Shown: piece by piece, positions 38,001 to 52,300 of the stretch | Numbering within the stretch: the first letter of the stretch is position 1 | Layout: each line of letters begins with the position of its first letter | Origin: Raillietiella orientalis | Lineage: Eukaryota | NCBI GenBank assembly: GCA_036172245.1 | Contig: JAYWIR010000013.1 | Span: forward strand, 4,030,001 to 4,094,000 | Direction of reading: 5' to 3' | DNA: 64,000 nt | Notes under the pieces: model-generated | Databases searched by the model: none | Told to the model about the DNA's origin: nothing | The model's input: only the letters and a program-made list of their open reading frames with translations | Made by a program: the position numbers and the translations under genes

Positions 38001-39580
38001 GGAAGAGGAATGTGCCTCGACTGATCTTTCCTACTCGTGCGATCTTTGCAGAGAGGATATTAGAGAGGTCAAAGGGTTTTCTTGCTGGCAGCCAGACGGA
38101 TCCACCTTTTTACTTTCTATACAAATACCCGATGTGTTTTGGAATGCAGGGGAACGAGAGCAAAGGGCATGGAATACCACCAGAGCGAGCAGGAGTCGGT
38201 GCTTGGAAAGATGCAGCTGAGGACAAGATGAAGGATGCATAAGAGAAGAAAGGCGTGCTTTGGCTGACCCTACGAACTAAAATTCTGTCTTGATTTCGAA
38301 GGACCTCTCATGAAGACAGGGAAGCTAATTGCAGGGAGGAATTCGGCGATCAAGGACACTGCCAAGGTTATGTTCAGCTGCATAATTGGGACTAAGAAAA
38401 TTGTTTGCGATCATAGCAAAAAAGGTAAAGAGTGATAAAGCATCATTAATGCCGAAAGGGACAATGGAAGGACAGGCAATAGACAGAGGAAGGTACGCAC
38501 TTTTAGCGGGAAGTCATTGGAAAGAACGAAAAACTCCAAGGGAAGGACAGAATTCCTTTCCATAAAAGCAAAGCTCATTACTTGAAGGATTTGCAGTGGA
38601 TGCTTCAAGATAGCTGAATGATTTCAACCTGCTGTATCTCTGTGTATCTAGCGACGCCTTCCTGATGCAAAAAATCCCACATCCCTGTGCACGGGATGAG
38701 TACTTATAGATCGAAAAAACGAAAGCCCTTGTTCAAAAGTCCGTGCAAAGTACTGAAACTTGCCACAGGGTCTCCCCAGAAAGGCTGAGGATTTCAAGGA
38801 GATTGCGGGCGCCGTCTACGGAGACGGCTCCGCCAAAAAACAGATTTGCATCGCCATTCCACGCGCTACGTGTACGGACAATTGATAACGAAGATGATGC
38901 CTTCAGGAGCAAAATTTTGAATCTGCATTGGACCGTGGGGAATTTTCAGTCGAAAATGCCTCTGGGCAGCACCTGCACGTCTCCTTAAGACACGTCCCTC
39001 ATTCGCACAAAACACGCTTGGTGCTTTTGAATAACCAAGTAGCTGGAAGAATCAGTTGGGGTGGAAGCATTCAGAATGAGTACAACCCGTCGGCTGAAGA
39101 ATGAAAGAAATGGCAACGAAGGTGGCTCTGTCTCGAGCTCTGTTCCCTAACCACGCCGTTTCCTTCAGTAGTCACTACCCTGTTGAGTTTTGAATTTCCC
39201 TTCTTCTTCTTGGGCATCCTTCCATGATACCTGAACTTGAATCGTGGACACCCAAGCGTTCTCTCAAAGATTTCCCAGAAAAGACAGAAAACAACGAGAA
39301 AACAAGAGAAACGCAAGATGATCCAGCTGTCACCTTGACGTGCAAGAGATTCCGAGACTCAGTCGCCAGCAAGGGAGGTGGCACAATGTTCTTCAAGAAT
39401 TTGGTGCAGCGCTTCGACTCGTACATCTCCGACGCACATCGCATCACCGATTCCGCATCCGCATCTGTGTATGACCTGCCGCTTGAGGAGGGAACACTCA
39501 GCCAGGGATAGGCAAGCGAAAAAGGTCAGCCCAAGGCCAGCGAAGGTTCACGACAAGTCAGGAAGAAGAAGAAAACATAC

Positions 39581-39708
39581 CTTGGGCAGAAGAAAAGAAT
39601 CTCTTCCGATACCATATGCAGCAGTGGCAATGGACGCATGCAATGATGCATACAATCAGGACGGTGATGGCTGCAGCGGTGAATATGCCAAGAACTATTG
39701 GCAGGTAT
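39581..39708 (-). CDS. Shisa-like protein, transmembrane exon
   Basis: Acceptor TTTCCCAG| and donor AG|GTATGT flank 128 nt (phase 2 to phase 1). Translation (E)YLPIVLGIFTAAAITVLIVCIIACVHCHCCIWYRKRFFSSAQ gives a TM helix, Cys cluster and basic stop-transfer. It joins in frame to the 49178-49328 exon. Confidence 0.85.
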
Positions 39709-42700
39709 CTGGGAAATGAGAAAAAGTCTATTTAGCAGGAATGGACGGAACCCCTTGGCGCCTCAGAAAACCCCGTCCTCGCGCAATTTTCTACTCAGGC
39801 AGGCAAGCAAGGCAGCCCTTACGCCGGATGCTGCCGAGGCTTCAAGTTTCGATTTTCGGAGGAATAGCGGTACATTTGGTTTGCGTGCAAGAGTGGGGTG
39901 AAATGAACCTCCAGGTCAACCGAATTTTCCGTTGCCCCCGTTCGGTGCTGCAGAAATGACCCACGTGGCTTTCCTGCGGTTCCTGTGAGCTGCGGATGCT
40001 TGGAACTCGATCCCCATCTTGAACCGGAGGCTGGCGTGTACCAACGGATGTCTGATCCTGGGAGCAGCCAACGGCTGTTAGTCCTGAGGCATTGCAGTCC
40101 TGGCGCTCCCGTTCGCCCCAGTCCTCACATCTCTCGGCTTCTGAACGGATGGTTCTCAGATTGCCGAGATGATTTCTCCCTGGCAGCATCGCGTCATCTT
40201 ATCAAGTTTGTTTATTGTTCTTTTTTGAATGACGTTGTATTTTATTATCGTTTCCACATGTACAACCCGTCCAGCGTCCTGCTCCGCCCCCTCTTACTCT
40301 TAAGCAACGAACACCGAGCAGATCATTTTTCGTATTTGTATCGAATAAAGTAACGGACTGGTGTCAATTAGTTGTTCAAAAAAAAAACTGCGCTCACTGC
40401 AGTGTACCTTTGATTCTTATTAATTGGATCTCGTAAGTGTACAAACCCAGCATTCTGCTGACGTGGACCTGCAATTGGCCAAGACATCTGATTTGCAGTT
40501 TGCCTTTCTCCGGAGTAGGCCATCCTTCAGTGCATCATGGACGTTTCGTCGATTCCCTATCGATCACTGCCTCCGTGGAGTCCAGGAAAACCTGACACGG
40601 CATCAGAGGTTTCCATCTTCGATTCGAAAACTCAGCATCTGAGATTTTCGATCGATCTGGATCATACCACCATCTTTTCCGGCTCGCTCCCTTGAATTCA
40701 TCATAACCTATCAGCTTGTCCTGCCATGCACTTCAAAGGAAAGTTCCAGCTCTCGTTCCGGGAGGGATTTCTGCAAGAGGAGGACAGCTGATTTGCCTGT
40801 TCTGCTCTATCCCGCTTCCCGGATTCCCTTGAAATGCACCGAGCCTTTCCAGAGACGGGTGTGCCGGGAAACTGTGCCAGGACCGAATTCGAGATCCGCC
40901 GGCTCGGCGAAATCTTCGGATGTCATGCTGAGCATCCCTCCAGGCTGCCGGGGAGCGGACAAAACCATCACCTGGCGATTTGCATTTTTCTCGAACGCAA
41001 TTTGTTTGCTTCCCCATCCATTAGTTCAGCCGTCTTCACAAAAGTGCAAAGTTTGTCAACTTTGCTTCTCAATCATCAATCTCTTGGCATCATTTTGAGG
41101 AGACTTCGCTGTTGAAAATTTCCATAAATTTTCGGTGCGAGTAATTTTTTGCCATTTTTTATTCTTGCTATTGATTGAATCCTCGAGTTGCTTCGTGTCT
41201 CTCCAAGTCCTCGCATCATTTGCAGCTAAGCCTTCAGGTGCTCCTTAGAGTTTTCAAAGCTCCAATGCCTCCCTACTGATTGAGCCATCGTTCCCACGAT
41301 ACACCCACACACTGCGGTGCCCGTAAATCCATACAAAGATCCCGATGACACCACACTCCATCAGGATCTTTGATACAGTGAGATCACCACGAAACCCCTC
41401 CTCCATACGCCGCGGTGTTCCAGAAGACAAGCACGAGCTCTCCAGGAAGAAACGCGGAACAGCAAGTAAAAGGATTCGCGCGTTTCATCTGCTGTTTTCA
41501 CGCTGTGGCTTGTGTGGCTAGCCTAGCCCTGTCTTATCCTGTCTCTTCAGCCGGCCACAAAATTATCAAAGTCAGGAAAAGTGTTCCGTTTGCCACATTA
41601 CTTGTCGCCAGCCGAGTTTTTCGTCTTTGCTGCGATAGCACATCTCTCCTAGGGATCCTCTGCATCTCCTGAACTCAAAATCTGCCACAATGTTGATCGT
41701 CGGCAGTGTCCCTGATCGGGAAGTGGACGGAGAGGATTTCGAGGGAATGCATCCCACTCCGACGCACTTTGAAGACGCCGGAACCGCCTTGGAACAGGGG
41801 AGAGCAGTTCTTGCGAATTTGCCAGCTTCTTCAAGTCTGAACAGGAGCAGCAGTGGTGTCCTCGTGGAAAGAGAACCAGAGGGCACAGCTGCGTTGGTTT
41901 CAAAAGGGGGGTTCCCTGATTTGGAAATCAATTGAGGAGAAGAAATCCTGCAGCGATCAAACTGACCATCGACACCGTTGACCAGCAGCGTTCGCGCATC
42001 CACGAAACCACGGCTGGACAAACGTGGTGGTCGTATGCGGAAGCAGGAAACCCCTCCCGATGAATGCTCCCAAATTCGAATTTGGTTGAAACAACAACCC
42101 GTTTCGATCGCGAATCCTCCGAATTAGCAACACTCAACTGTCAGCAGACACAGTTGGGTTCGATTTCAAAGGATGATTCGAGAAATGAGTTCGCTTCGTC
42201 CACACTGCGCGAACTCGTTGCCCTGACATCGAACGGCGCAAAGTGGATGACCACATCTGGAAGGTGCCGTAGGAAGACTGAGAAACCAACTCAAGCTGCA
42301 TTGAAGGCGCACTCCCCACAAAACTTCTTGGATTTCAGACTGACTCGACTTGAGCAGCTCCTGATAGCCAAGGGTCTCATGGACCAAGACGGACGATACA
42401 CTGAAGCGGCCATACTTTCTGGGACGTCAAACACGGATGGAGGGCTCTCCGACGGATTCCAGCGATTAACAGCCCTATTTCTACTATTTCCCTCTGGGCA
42501 AATGTCAAATTGTTCGGTGCAATTCGCGGCTGTGCCGTTTCTTCCTAACCGATCCTTCTATTCATTTGCCTTTCACATGTGTGTTTGCTTGTTTCTTTGC
42601 TAACATCTCAAGGAGGGGTGTGCACCACTTGCAGTTCCACTGTCGCAACCACTGGCTGAAAGCGAAAATGGATGCGCTTTGCCAACTCCAACTCTTTGGC

Positions 42701-45700
42701 TACTGCACGACGGCTTAAATAGTAATAAATTGACTTCAAATAACTCCAGCGAGCAGATCAGCACCTCCAGTGGCCTCTCGGGAATGCTGTGGTCTCGTCA
42801 TGGAAACCGTGAACCGCGCAAGAAAGTGGAATAGAAGTCCCCGCACTTGGAAGGAAATCCACTTGAAGAAGATCTGCTCCACCAATATGGGCAGCGTTCC
42901 GCTCCTGGTGTCTTGAAGGTACCTGTCTTAATAGGAGGGCACGTCAGGAACCCACGTAACCACGTAACCACCACAACACGGTGATTAACGAAACACCACT
43001 CGCTAGAGTCTCGCGTGATGGATTAAAACCACTTCTACCGCTGACAGGATGGCACGCTTCGTCGGTCGCTGTGACCTAGGATTCGGCAGCCATTCTGAGA
43101 GAAGTCCGATCGCTCTAGGGATGCTTCCGCCCATTTCCGATTCGGCTGCAGAGAATTCAGCTTGGATCAGAGGATTTCACCCTTTGATCCAGACCTCTCC
43201 GTTTGCTGTGCATGTCACAGGCGTTTTCCCGAAGCTCCAGCCACTTGTTTCACGCAAGAGGGATGATGCATCTCATGTTGGGTTCTGATCGAATGCGCAC
43301 GGCAGCATCCCGTGCGACCGCGGAGACACCGCTTCCGGCGGAAGTTTTCCTCCCTATGGAAACTCATGAGTCACTCAGAAATGGCAATCATGGATCCTGG
43401 TTCAGATGCGAGCGCCAAGCGTTTCCCTGGGTCACGAGATAAATGAGCCCATCCAGTTTCTGGTCACAATCTTTTGCCCGTACATCGGCACGTTCCCAAC
43501 CCAAAGCTCTTTGCCAAAGTCCGCCTCTACTCCTTGCGCAATCAACTCGAGGAATTGGCCTGCCATCTCCAAAGAAAGAGAAGTCTGCTGGTCCCAACAG
43601 CCTCAAGTGCAGGCATTCACCCTGGGTGTCACTCTTGATGTGTGAATGAGAGGCAACGGCAGAAGAGGGTAAGTGCCCCTTTGTGGGAAAGAATGCAGTT
43701 GCCAGAAATTCGCACAGTGATCCCGGGGTCCTCCTTAACGGAAAAATCTATTCTCCCTGCATGCACCACTTCAGAAAGGGATAGAGTGCGGATGCAGCTG
43801 GAAGGGCTCGAAACTGCCAGTTGAGCAGCAAATTCGCTTCTGCTGCTCCTCGTTCATGTCACGGAACTCCCCTTTGCCCCCCAAAAGCAAGGTGATGCTC
43901 ACTACGAGCAGTGGATTTCCAGCTCGAACATCTCCACGTTTCAACACCTCGAAGCTCTCGTTATCCCCGAAGACTCATCTTGTCTGCAGCTTCCAAAGCG
44001 CCCCCTTCACTGGCAACGGTAAAGCAATCATCGCGCCTTCTGATGACGGGTTGGGTTCGCTCACTTCATTTCGTTTTCAGGAAGAATGACACGCAGTCGA
44101 GCAGGAAGAGTTCGAGATTGGTCAGTCTTTGCGTTCCCATGGCCACAGGTTCAGAAGGATGCAGAGTTGGGAAAAAGGATGACTCTCATCCCAAGTTCAG
44201 GATCGGAAAATGCTTCGCCTTCCTTGGTATATGGATACGTCTACCCCTTGTCCAAAAAACGAGAACTAATGAAGACTAAAGTCCGGATGGCTTGCTTCCC
44301 GCTCCTGTGTCCCTTGCTTCCAAGTTCATCGAGTTCCGTTCCCTATTCCCTTCCAGGACTGCCATTTTCTTTCGACAGGGAACGAACCGAAACTTGAAAG
44401 GAAACTCATCTCCTGAGAAACTTCAGTCATGTCATCTCAAACTAGGGAACCGATGCTAATATATTCGCTTAGAGCGCGCATCTGAAAGAATGCTTTCTTC
44501 CGAAGAAAGTTTCACGCGAGATGATGGAGTAAGATCAGTTGAAAACGTGTAGCAACTGTCGCTGGGAGGGAAACATCCCAGCAGCCTTGTCCAGAGCTTT
44601 TTTACTTCATGCATTTTTATTCAGTCGTCATGCTATCAAGCTATAACACCCCACTTATATTGTGCTGTAGTGACCGTCATTACAGCGACCATCTCAGCAT
44701 CGACCAACCACGCACTTGCTTAGATACATTTGCAACCGTCTTCCTCTTGCTCTTCGGCAGATGGTCATTGCTGGCAGAGTGCCTTGTAAGAGAGCGATTG
44801 GGAACCATTGCAAGGGCAGAGACGGTTCGCCGAAGAAAGAGCACACAAGTGCTTGCAACCGATGAAGAGGAATTTGTAAAACGGTTCACACACCAGAGGC
44901 AAGACCCTGGGCAGGATAAAAGAAGGTATCAGCCGACGCCTTGCTGCAGTCTTCTCCAAATGGATGTCTCGAAAGCCCTTGGAGGAGGAATAGTATCTGC
45001 CTTTTTCTCTTGATCATGTTGCCCCTGGAAATTGCGAGCCAGGCATTTTGAAAAGCTTCAAGAAGTCTTAGCGGTCCTCTTGGGCGCGTTACGTTTGCTC
45101 TTTTGAAATTTGCGAAACAGAAAGCGTAATGACGGTAAGAAAGCGGAAAGCAGCAGGCAGCCGCACAATAAGAAACTGTTTTTTCTTTCTTTTTTCGAAC
45201 CCGGAAGGCCACGTCGCAGAGAAAGGGAGATCACATATGGAGCTTGAGGATCAAATCAAGTGCTGTTTTCAGAAACCAAACACTCGGACCACAACACGAG
45301 GAGGCTTTTACGGAGGAAAACTGCAGGAACCCCTCTGAAATTCTAACCATTTGGTCAATTCGCAGAAGAGAAAGGGACCAAGCATTCTCATCCAAATCTG
45401 GATGAGGCACTGCCTCCAGGCACTCTAGAAAAATACAATGTTCACTAAGAGAGCAGCTCATGAACATGGGAATAAAGCTCAAAGGGGTATGGTGAATGTG
45501 AGCAGAAGAGCGTACAGCAATTTGCAGCATTGCAAGAGTACGACAAATGAGACCAGCAATCAAGCGGAGTCCTGTAGCAGTGGAAAATCCAGAACCAAAA
45601 ATAGAGAGTCGTGCAATGGAGAGTCGAAGTATAAAATATTCTGTAATTCAAGTAACGATAGATAAAAAGCCAATGGTAATGAGGAAAAATAGCGAAGTCA

Positions 45701-47484
45701 GTTCGAAAACCCTTTTTTTCTTTTTTCCCTAAAGAGGGAGCAATGCGTTCACGTGATTGAAGTGACTGATCTTAGGAGAAGGGCAGCAGTGGTAATCCTA
45801 CGGCGGATGGTACGGAGATATCGGAAGAGTTGAATTGTGGGATCGGCTCTCATCCTGGCACGAAAGAATGATCAGGACAAAGAGAGCAGATAAAAGGAAT
45901 TCTGAAAGATGATGCAAATTCAAATGCGCATATTACTTTCATTGAAAAAGAACACCCAACGAATGAGGACGGAAGAGCAAGGCAAACGAGAGTTTTATGC
46001 CCTCCCCCTAGAGGGAGCCGTTCCGGACTGTGGGTGTGAGGCAGGATAGGAGTGGGGCGTGCATGATTTCCGAGGAAACGAAGACTTCACCCGAAAATAC
46101 TCAGAACAGATCCGACACCTATTAACACGAGCTGCCGTGAGCAAGGCTGAAGAATGCCAAAGGTCAGGGATGTTTTCAGCTGCAGAGCTTAAGGACACAC
46201 ACGTCGAATGAGAGAAGAAAGCTGGAGAGAAACTGCAACGATGAGGTACCAAGAAGATGACAGCAGGATAAGAATCAGTCGGAGGAACTTGATGGGCTGG
46301 AAAAGACTCCCAGATTGCTTACGGTCGACGATGAAGGCCTTTTGAGAACAAAATCGAGTTATCCTCAGACAATCTTAGAAGCTCAAAAATCCCGGAAATC
46401 CCCGAATCATTCATTTCCGGAGATGAATCGCGATGCCAGCGGTGAGCAGGTGGGAAGCTTCTTTCTCAAGGGATGAGCAAATGGAGCCTCAGCAAAGTTG
46501 GTCGCTTCCAAGTTCCAAGAAAGAGCTTATCTGTGGCAGTAAGGACAAAGACGAAGGCAAGCCTACAGGAGATGCCGCTGAAAGGGGTGCGAGGGAACGG
46601 TTCAGAGTGCCCATTTCCCAACTCGGGGGGGAAAAAGGCCCATGTAAAATGGAAGCACATAATATGGAATGGGAAATCAATTTGGAATCTTCTCGAATTT
46701 CAATGAAGGGCCACCGCAAAGTTTGCTGCTTTTCCCTGAAGGATACCTCTTAGTGGCGAATCGAATTTTCAACCTTAGCAGAATTTAAAAGCCTTTACTT
46801 TCAAAATCTGCTGAGATTTTTACATCTCAGCCGTACGGGCGAAGGAAGAGTAAGATCGCTGCGTTACCGATGAGCCCCGTAACTTATCCTTCTAGTCGGA
46901 AACAGCGGGGTCCGTTTCAATACTCCAAACACGGTGCCGAGAGGATCAGCAGATTCTGGATGCCGGAGATTGAAATGAGCTCAGTTCTCCTGGCCATGCA
47001 GCATCCCGCCTTCTATGTCCGTGATGATGCTTCAAGGTTTCCAGGAAGCTGCGGCAAGGCGGAAGAGCAATGCGTAGCCGACTGGGTGCCTCTCGAAAGT
47101 CGGCCGAATGTTCCGGAAACCCGTCCTCGAAATTCTCACGCTGCGAGCGAAACCTTCAAAAATTCCGGAAGGTGGAAGAATCCACAAGGAGCCACAGCTC
47201 GCAGCTGCTCGTCGTACTTTTACGGGGTACATTTCAATGAAAAGCCCTTTATCCACGGCTGGAGTGGTTGAAAATCAGCAAATCGAATCAAAGGTGTTTG
47301 GAATGTGTCATCAGATGGGAAGCTGGAGCAGTATAACAAACCCCTCCGTCACACACAGCTATACGGAACTTCAACGAGTTCGTACACGGCTCCGTGGGGG
47401 CATGACGGAACGTTGCAGTTTTTCAGCTGACGACCACCTTTATTCTAATGGGGGGGCGCATCGATGCGCCAGCTGAAGGAAGAC

Positions 47485-47710
47485 GAGTGCATACGTGATT
47501 TGTACAAGCGCGTGCTAAGTACTCTCATGAACGCATTTGTGGTACACTCATGCATAGGCCATGTATCCCCATCATCTCCAATACGTGAATGCTCATTTGT
47601 CAATAAATACAAATGTGTATGCGTACATGGATTCACATGTGTGTGGGGTGTGCATGCGTAACATCCACATGAACGTGCCCATGCGCGCACACATGCAATC
47701 GTTCGTGTGT
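47485..47710. repeat. Low-complexity purine/pyrimidine-alternating tract (TGCA/CATG/TGTG rich)
   Basis: Runs such as TGTGTATGCGTACATG, CACATGTGTGTG, TGTGCATGCGTA and CATGCGCGCACACATGCA. Confidence 0.5.
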
Positions 47711-49177
47711 GCTCCTAATTTCTTCTCTCGCATCCCTGCTGGTTCCAACTGATCCGCGCAAGTGAATTTCCTCCTTTCTTCAGCTCCAGTCTCCGATCTT
47801 CGCCAGATGGCTCTTCAGCTCCAGCCGTCGAGGAGCAGCAGAGTTCCGTTTCGATTCGCCATCGCTGATTTCATCTGTAAATTTTTCAACCATCATCGGT
47901 CACAAGAAGCGCCTTCAGTGACACCACCGCTGCACAAAATGACATCCGGAATTTGTAACAAACGCCTTCTCCTCCGGCAGATGCTTGGTCCTTCCATTGG
48001 TTGAATCGCTGTTCAGAATCAGCTGGCGGGTCGCTTCATTGCATCGAATGCTTCAGATTTCGCATCTTCAGGCAAATCGAGTGCCGCTGTCGCGTACCAT
48101 TGGTCTGCGACCATCAGTGGGTCGCGTCTTGGAGTTGACGGTAGCTGCCTGCTTAGTCTTCTAAACACAGTTACATCTGAAGAAACCGATCGCTGAGTCT
48201 CCATTGAAAAGTCCCTAAGGAGAGACAAGGAGGTCCACGGACTTCTTCCTGCACCATACGGAAGAGTACGATGCATTCATTCACAGTTTGGGCGGACCCA
48301 TACCGAAATAGGTCCCCATTTTTTAACGGATTTCTCAAGGAGTGTCTTCCCCCATCCATCTGCAGCACACGTTTCACAGTTTTCAAAATTCCTAATAATT
48401 TCACGCGATTTTAGAATAAAAGTCCAAAATGGGAGTCTTTCACGCAGAAAGAAGCAATTGGTGAAACGCGCGGATCCAAGGAGAGCCGCTCGAGCTTTGA
48501 TGAACTCGGGAGTCCTTCGAGCCGTCGAGGACACCGAGTGCATCGTGTCGAAGGTCAAGGGGCACGAATGGCTCTACTTTCAGGCATGCTCCGTTTCAAA
48601 AGAAAGCCTGAGGCAGAATTTGGGGAATGATGTACTTATCCCCCCCATGTGATGCCATCCCTGATGAAACGCGAATGGGTTCCGATTTCTGACTTGAACG
48701 CGGAGTTCATGAAGGATGATTGACCTCATGCTCGAGGCATTCAGGACGACCGCGTTGTTTTTATGTTCAGGAAAATTCCACCACAAACCGGATGCCACCT
48801 CCTGCCCAACCCTTTCGGGCAGGTGCAAGCAGCGCGCGTGTTAATTTCCCGCCCGCCTTTCAGATAAAACAGGGAACGAAGGGAGCATTCATGCTGAAAA
48901 CGCTGCAGCTGATGTGCAGCATCACGGAGCTCAGGTATGCGCACTCGGGGAATCCACGCTTCGCAGATGCGAGTGATGCGCAGCGAGGATTTCCCAAGAT
49001 GCGAAAGGTGATGCAACAGGTGATCGGGGATGCTGCGCGCCCCTCCCGGAAGCTCCACGCCGTGCAACCGAGCGTCATCCTTTCGGCGGGCAGGGATGCA
49101 CGCGCCCGGCACGTTCATCCCTGTTCATCGCCGGAAATCCCCGCAAGAACTCATCCCGAAGAGGCTGAAAACCTTAC

Positions 49178-49328
49178 TCTGCGTTGGGGTTCAGCGGCTC
49201 TCCCGTGCAACAGTATTTCAACTTCTCGTTGCCGCAGCAGAACGGAGATTCATCCGCCGGGCACTGAAATCCCGTGTTCCATTCATCATTCTCGCCTGTG
49301 TATCCCGAGCAAAACTCTGCATTGAGCA
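49178..49328 (-). CDS. Shisa-like protein, cysteine-rich extracellular domain exon
   Basis: Acceptor TTGCATTTCAG| and donor GA|GTAAGG flank 151 nt (phase 1 to phase 2). Translation LNAEFCSGYTGENDEWNTGFQCPADESPFCCGNEKLKYCCTGEPLNPNA matches the Shisa pattern C.G......W..GF.CP....CCG....YCC. Confidence 0.9.
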
Positions 49329-52300
49329 CTGAAATGCAAGGGCCGTTATAGGAATTTATTACCAATGTTCCAGACAGAAAACTAATAAGCATAAGCACCT
49401 ATTAATCATCATCGATTAGCAATGTATTCCTTCGTGTCACGAAACGCACGCGGCGGAGGAATTCGGATGCACATCGGTCTCAAGTGGCATCTCGCCGAGC
49501 GTATCTTACTCTTTATTATTTGGGGGGGGGGAGGGAGGGATTAGCAACAGCCTCTGGTCATTTTCATTTTGTGGAGACCCTTCTACCGCTTCCTATTGAC
49601 CGAGAGAGAGTCTTCCATTACGCTGAAGAGACCGGCAAACTACCGTGGCAGAGGAAAGGTTGTTTCGCAAGCTCAAGGCATCCGAAACAACGCCATTAAC
49701 CAAAGTATCTATCAAGAGACCATCATTAAACTGGGGAAGGGGGAGGGACTGAATCCCCCCAGTCACCAGGAATGCAAACGGGATTCACCGCACACACCCT
49801 TTGCAATCCAAAGCAATTGTGTTTTGGCTTCCGTTCCTTTCATCCCATACCAAGCATCAGCACATCCCATTTGTCAGCTCTCCCTTATACTTCCAAAGTC
49901 CGCAAGATCCCAGCTTCCGTCTCTTATCCGAAAAGCGCTTGCGAAGCTCAAATCAGCGGCGGGAATTTCGCTCCAGCGGTGGAAACGCCGCTTTGTGACG
50001 CCTAATCGCGAAGGACTCCTCCAAAACATTCCTTCTCTAACCTTTTGTCCAAAGTCCGCCGGAAAGTCCGTGCCGCATCCGTCCTGCTTTGGACCTGCTT
50101 ATTTTAATCCCGCTTATCACCTGTCTCCCAGAGCGTTATTTCGAGCATTCGGATGCTTCGCCGCGACGTCCCTGGATGGTACTGGCATTCCATCTTCCCT
50201 GCTTTGTTCTTCAGCACCTTACTCTGCGGCACATTTCGTTCCGGGTATTTTCTGAGCGTGGAACTCACTGAGGAGAGAACGCAGGGACCGTGTTTAGACT
50301 ACAGCGAGCTTCCTGTCTTCCCTTCTTCCCTTTCCTGTTGCTTTCTGAAGCCTCGCAGGGACCGTGCCTTTGTATGTTTAGTCTCAGCCTCGCAATCGAC
50401 TCCCGTCATCTTTCCCCAATATCGCAGCCTCCATGTGGGATTTTCCCTTTGTTTACCTTCGAGTCTCCAGCATCACGCCCCATGCTCTGATTCATCTTCT
50501 CATCCCTTTCTCCGAAAAATGACCCGTGAATTTATTTGCGTTCAGTTTCACTCGATGCCGGGAATCAGCACCCTTCTTTCGGGCGCTTCCCTCTTTTCCG
50601 TTTGCTCACGGGCTCATTCGCCACCACCTTTCGCCTACACTTCAGGCTCTGGTGCTTCACATTTATTGATTCCAGACGGGGGGTGTTTCCTTTTTTTTTT
50701 TCCCCCTTCCCCCCCCTTCTCGGTTTTGATGAAGACAAAGCAAAGAACGAGAGCGCTTGGAAGCTCTGGCCATGCTGAACTGGGCTGACTAATGGCGATG
50801 GCCATTAGCAACGTTTTCGGTGACTGGACCCTTATCGGAACGAACAGCAGGCGTGGTCTACCAGGCAGGGTCAGCAGTGGCTCATCATCACCTGTGACCG
50901 GTGAGTTCGGGCCTGTGAACCGCATACCCGGAACGTGCGAATTCTGGTGCGCGAGAAAGGTCATCATGTGCCCAATAGGATTTGGTCATTGCTCGCATCT
51001 GCCAGTCCACTGGGAGGCAATCGAATAAGGTAATACCAATTACCAAGTTGTTTGCGAAAATTGTTTTGAGGAAGAAAACGGAATTTCCAGCTTCCAAGAG
51101 CTCATGGATAACACAGAATGGAACACCATTTGACCTTTAACTGGAGTGGAATTCTGGCGTTCAAGCTGCCTTGGAGGTGCCGATTCCGACTTCAGGAGAA
51201 AATACTGAGGATTTTAATTTAAAATGAAGTAAATAGTAAATCGTACACCATACTGCCTACTGTAGCATGATAGCCCAACACTGCGAATTCCCTGCCGAGA
51301 ACAATCTAAGGAGTAATTCTCCCTGCTTCATCTTCCCTTCTCCATATAATTGTGGAACAAAGAAGAAATTCCAGTTCATTAACCTATCACTGCAGGTTCT
51401 TTCTGGAAGATTCTAGCCTTCGGTCTGCTTTTTATGAGCCCTAATGGCATGTTATCATGAATGACCCGGATTTCACCGAAAGTGTTCACGGCTGGCGGTT
51501 CCAGTTTTATGCGTACCAGTTCGGGGGCACTGAGTCTGAAGTAACAGGATGAGGTTCCTCTTGAGAAACTAAAGAAGGAACTGCTGCTGTTATTTCATCT
51601 GCACAGAGATGCTGATAGCATTATTAATAGGAGCTTATGTGAGACGAAAAGTGGTGAAATGTTTCGTGAATGACCGTGTTGGAGCCAACAGTGTCGACAG
51701 CACCACCCATCGAAGAGGTCCTTTCAGCTGCAGCTGGATTGGAACCTTCCTAAAATCTCGATTTTTGTTCCATGGATGCTTCCCATCATCAGAGCATCCA
51801 TCATTCAAAACGCTTCTGTCAGGGCATTATACCCCTTGCTGATGAGACGTAGACCGAACGTGATTTCCTGATTTAATTATCATTTAGCAAAGACGTAGAT
51901 TTCGGCTCTTTCACTTGCCCTTTCTGATTGCTTGTTCTCAAGGTTCCTCCTGCTCGTGATCTTTTCCCTTAAGAGGGAATTTCCCAGGATGAGTGAGTGG
52001 TGGCCGAGCAGAGTGGCCTGCAAGGCAATCCATCTCTACTGCACAGATGCTCCAACATTGTTTTTGCATCAGGGGTGGTAGAAATCATACAGCTGACCTT
52101 GGACTCGTGACCCTATCAAGTCATCACAGGAATCGAAAGAAGCGCAAAATTCAAAACGCACTCTGAAAGAGGAGAGCCACTCTTTGACTTGCATTGCAAA
52201 CAGCAGCTTGGGTGAGGGGTGCAAAGAAAAAGGGAAAGAGAACAAACCATGCTGTCTACAGCAGTGCCGAACGACCTGAGACCTGCAGAACACGTGCAGC

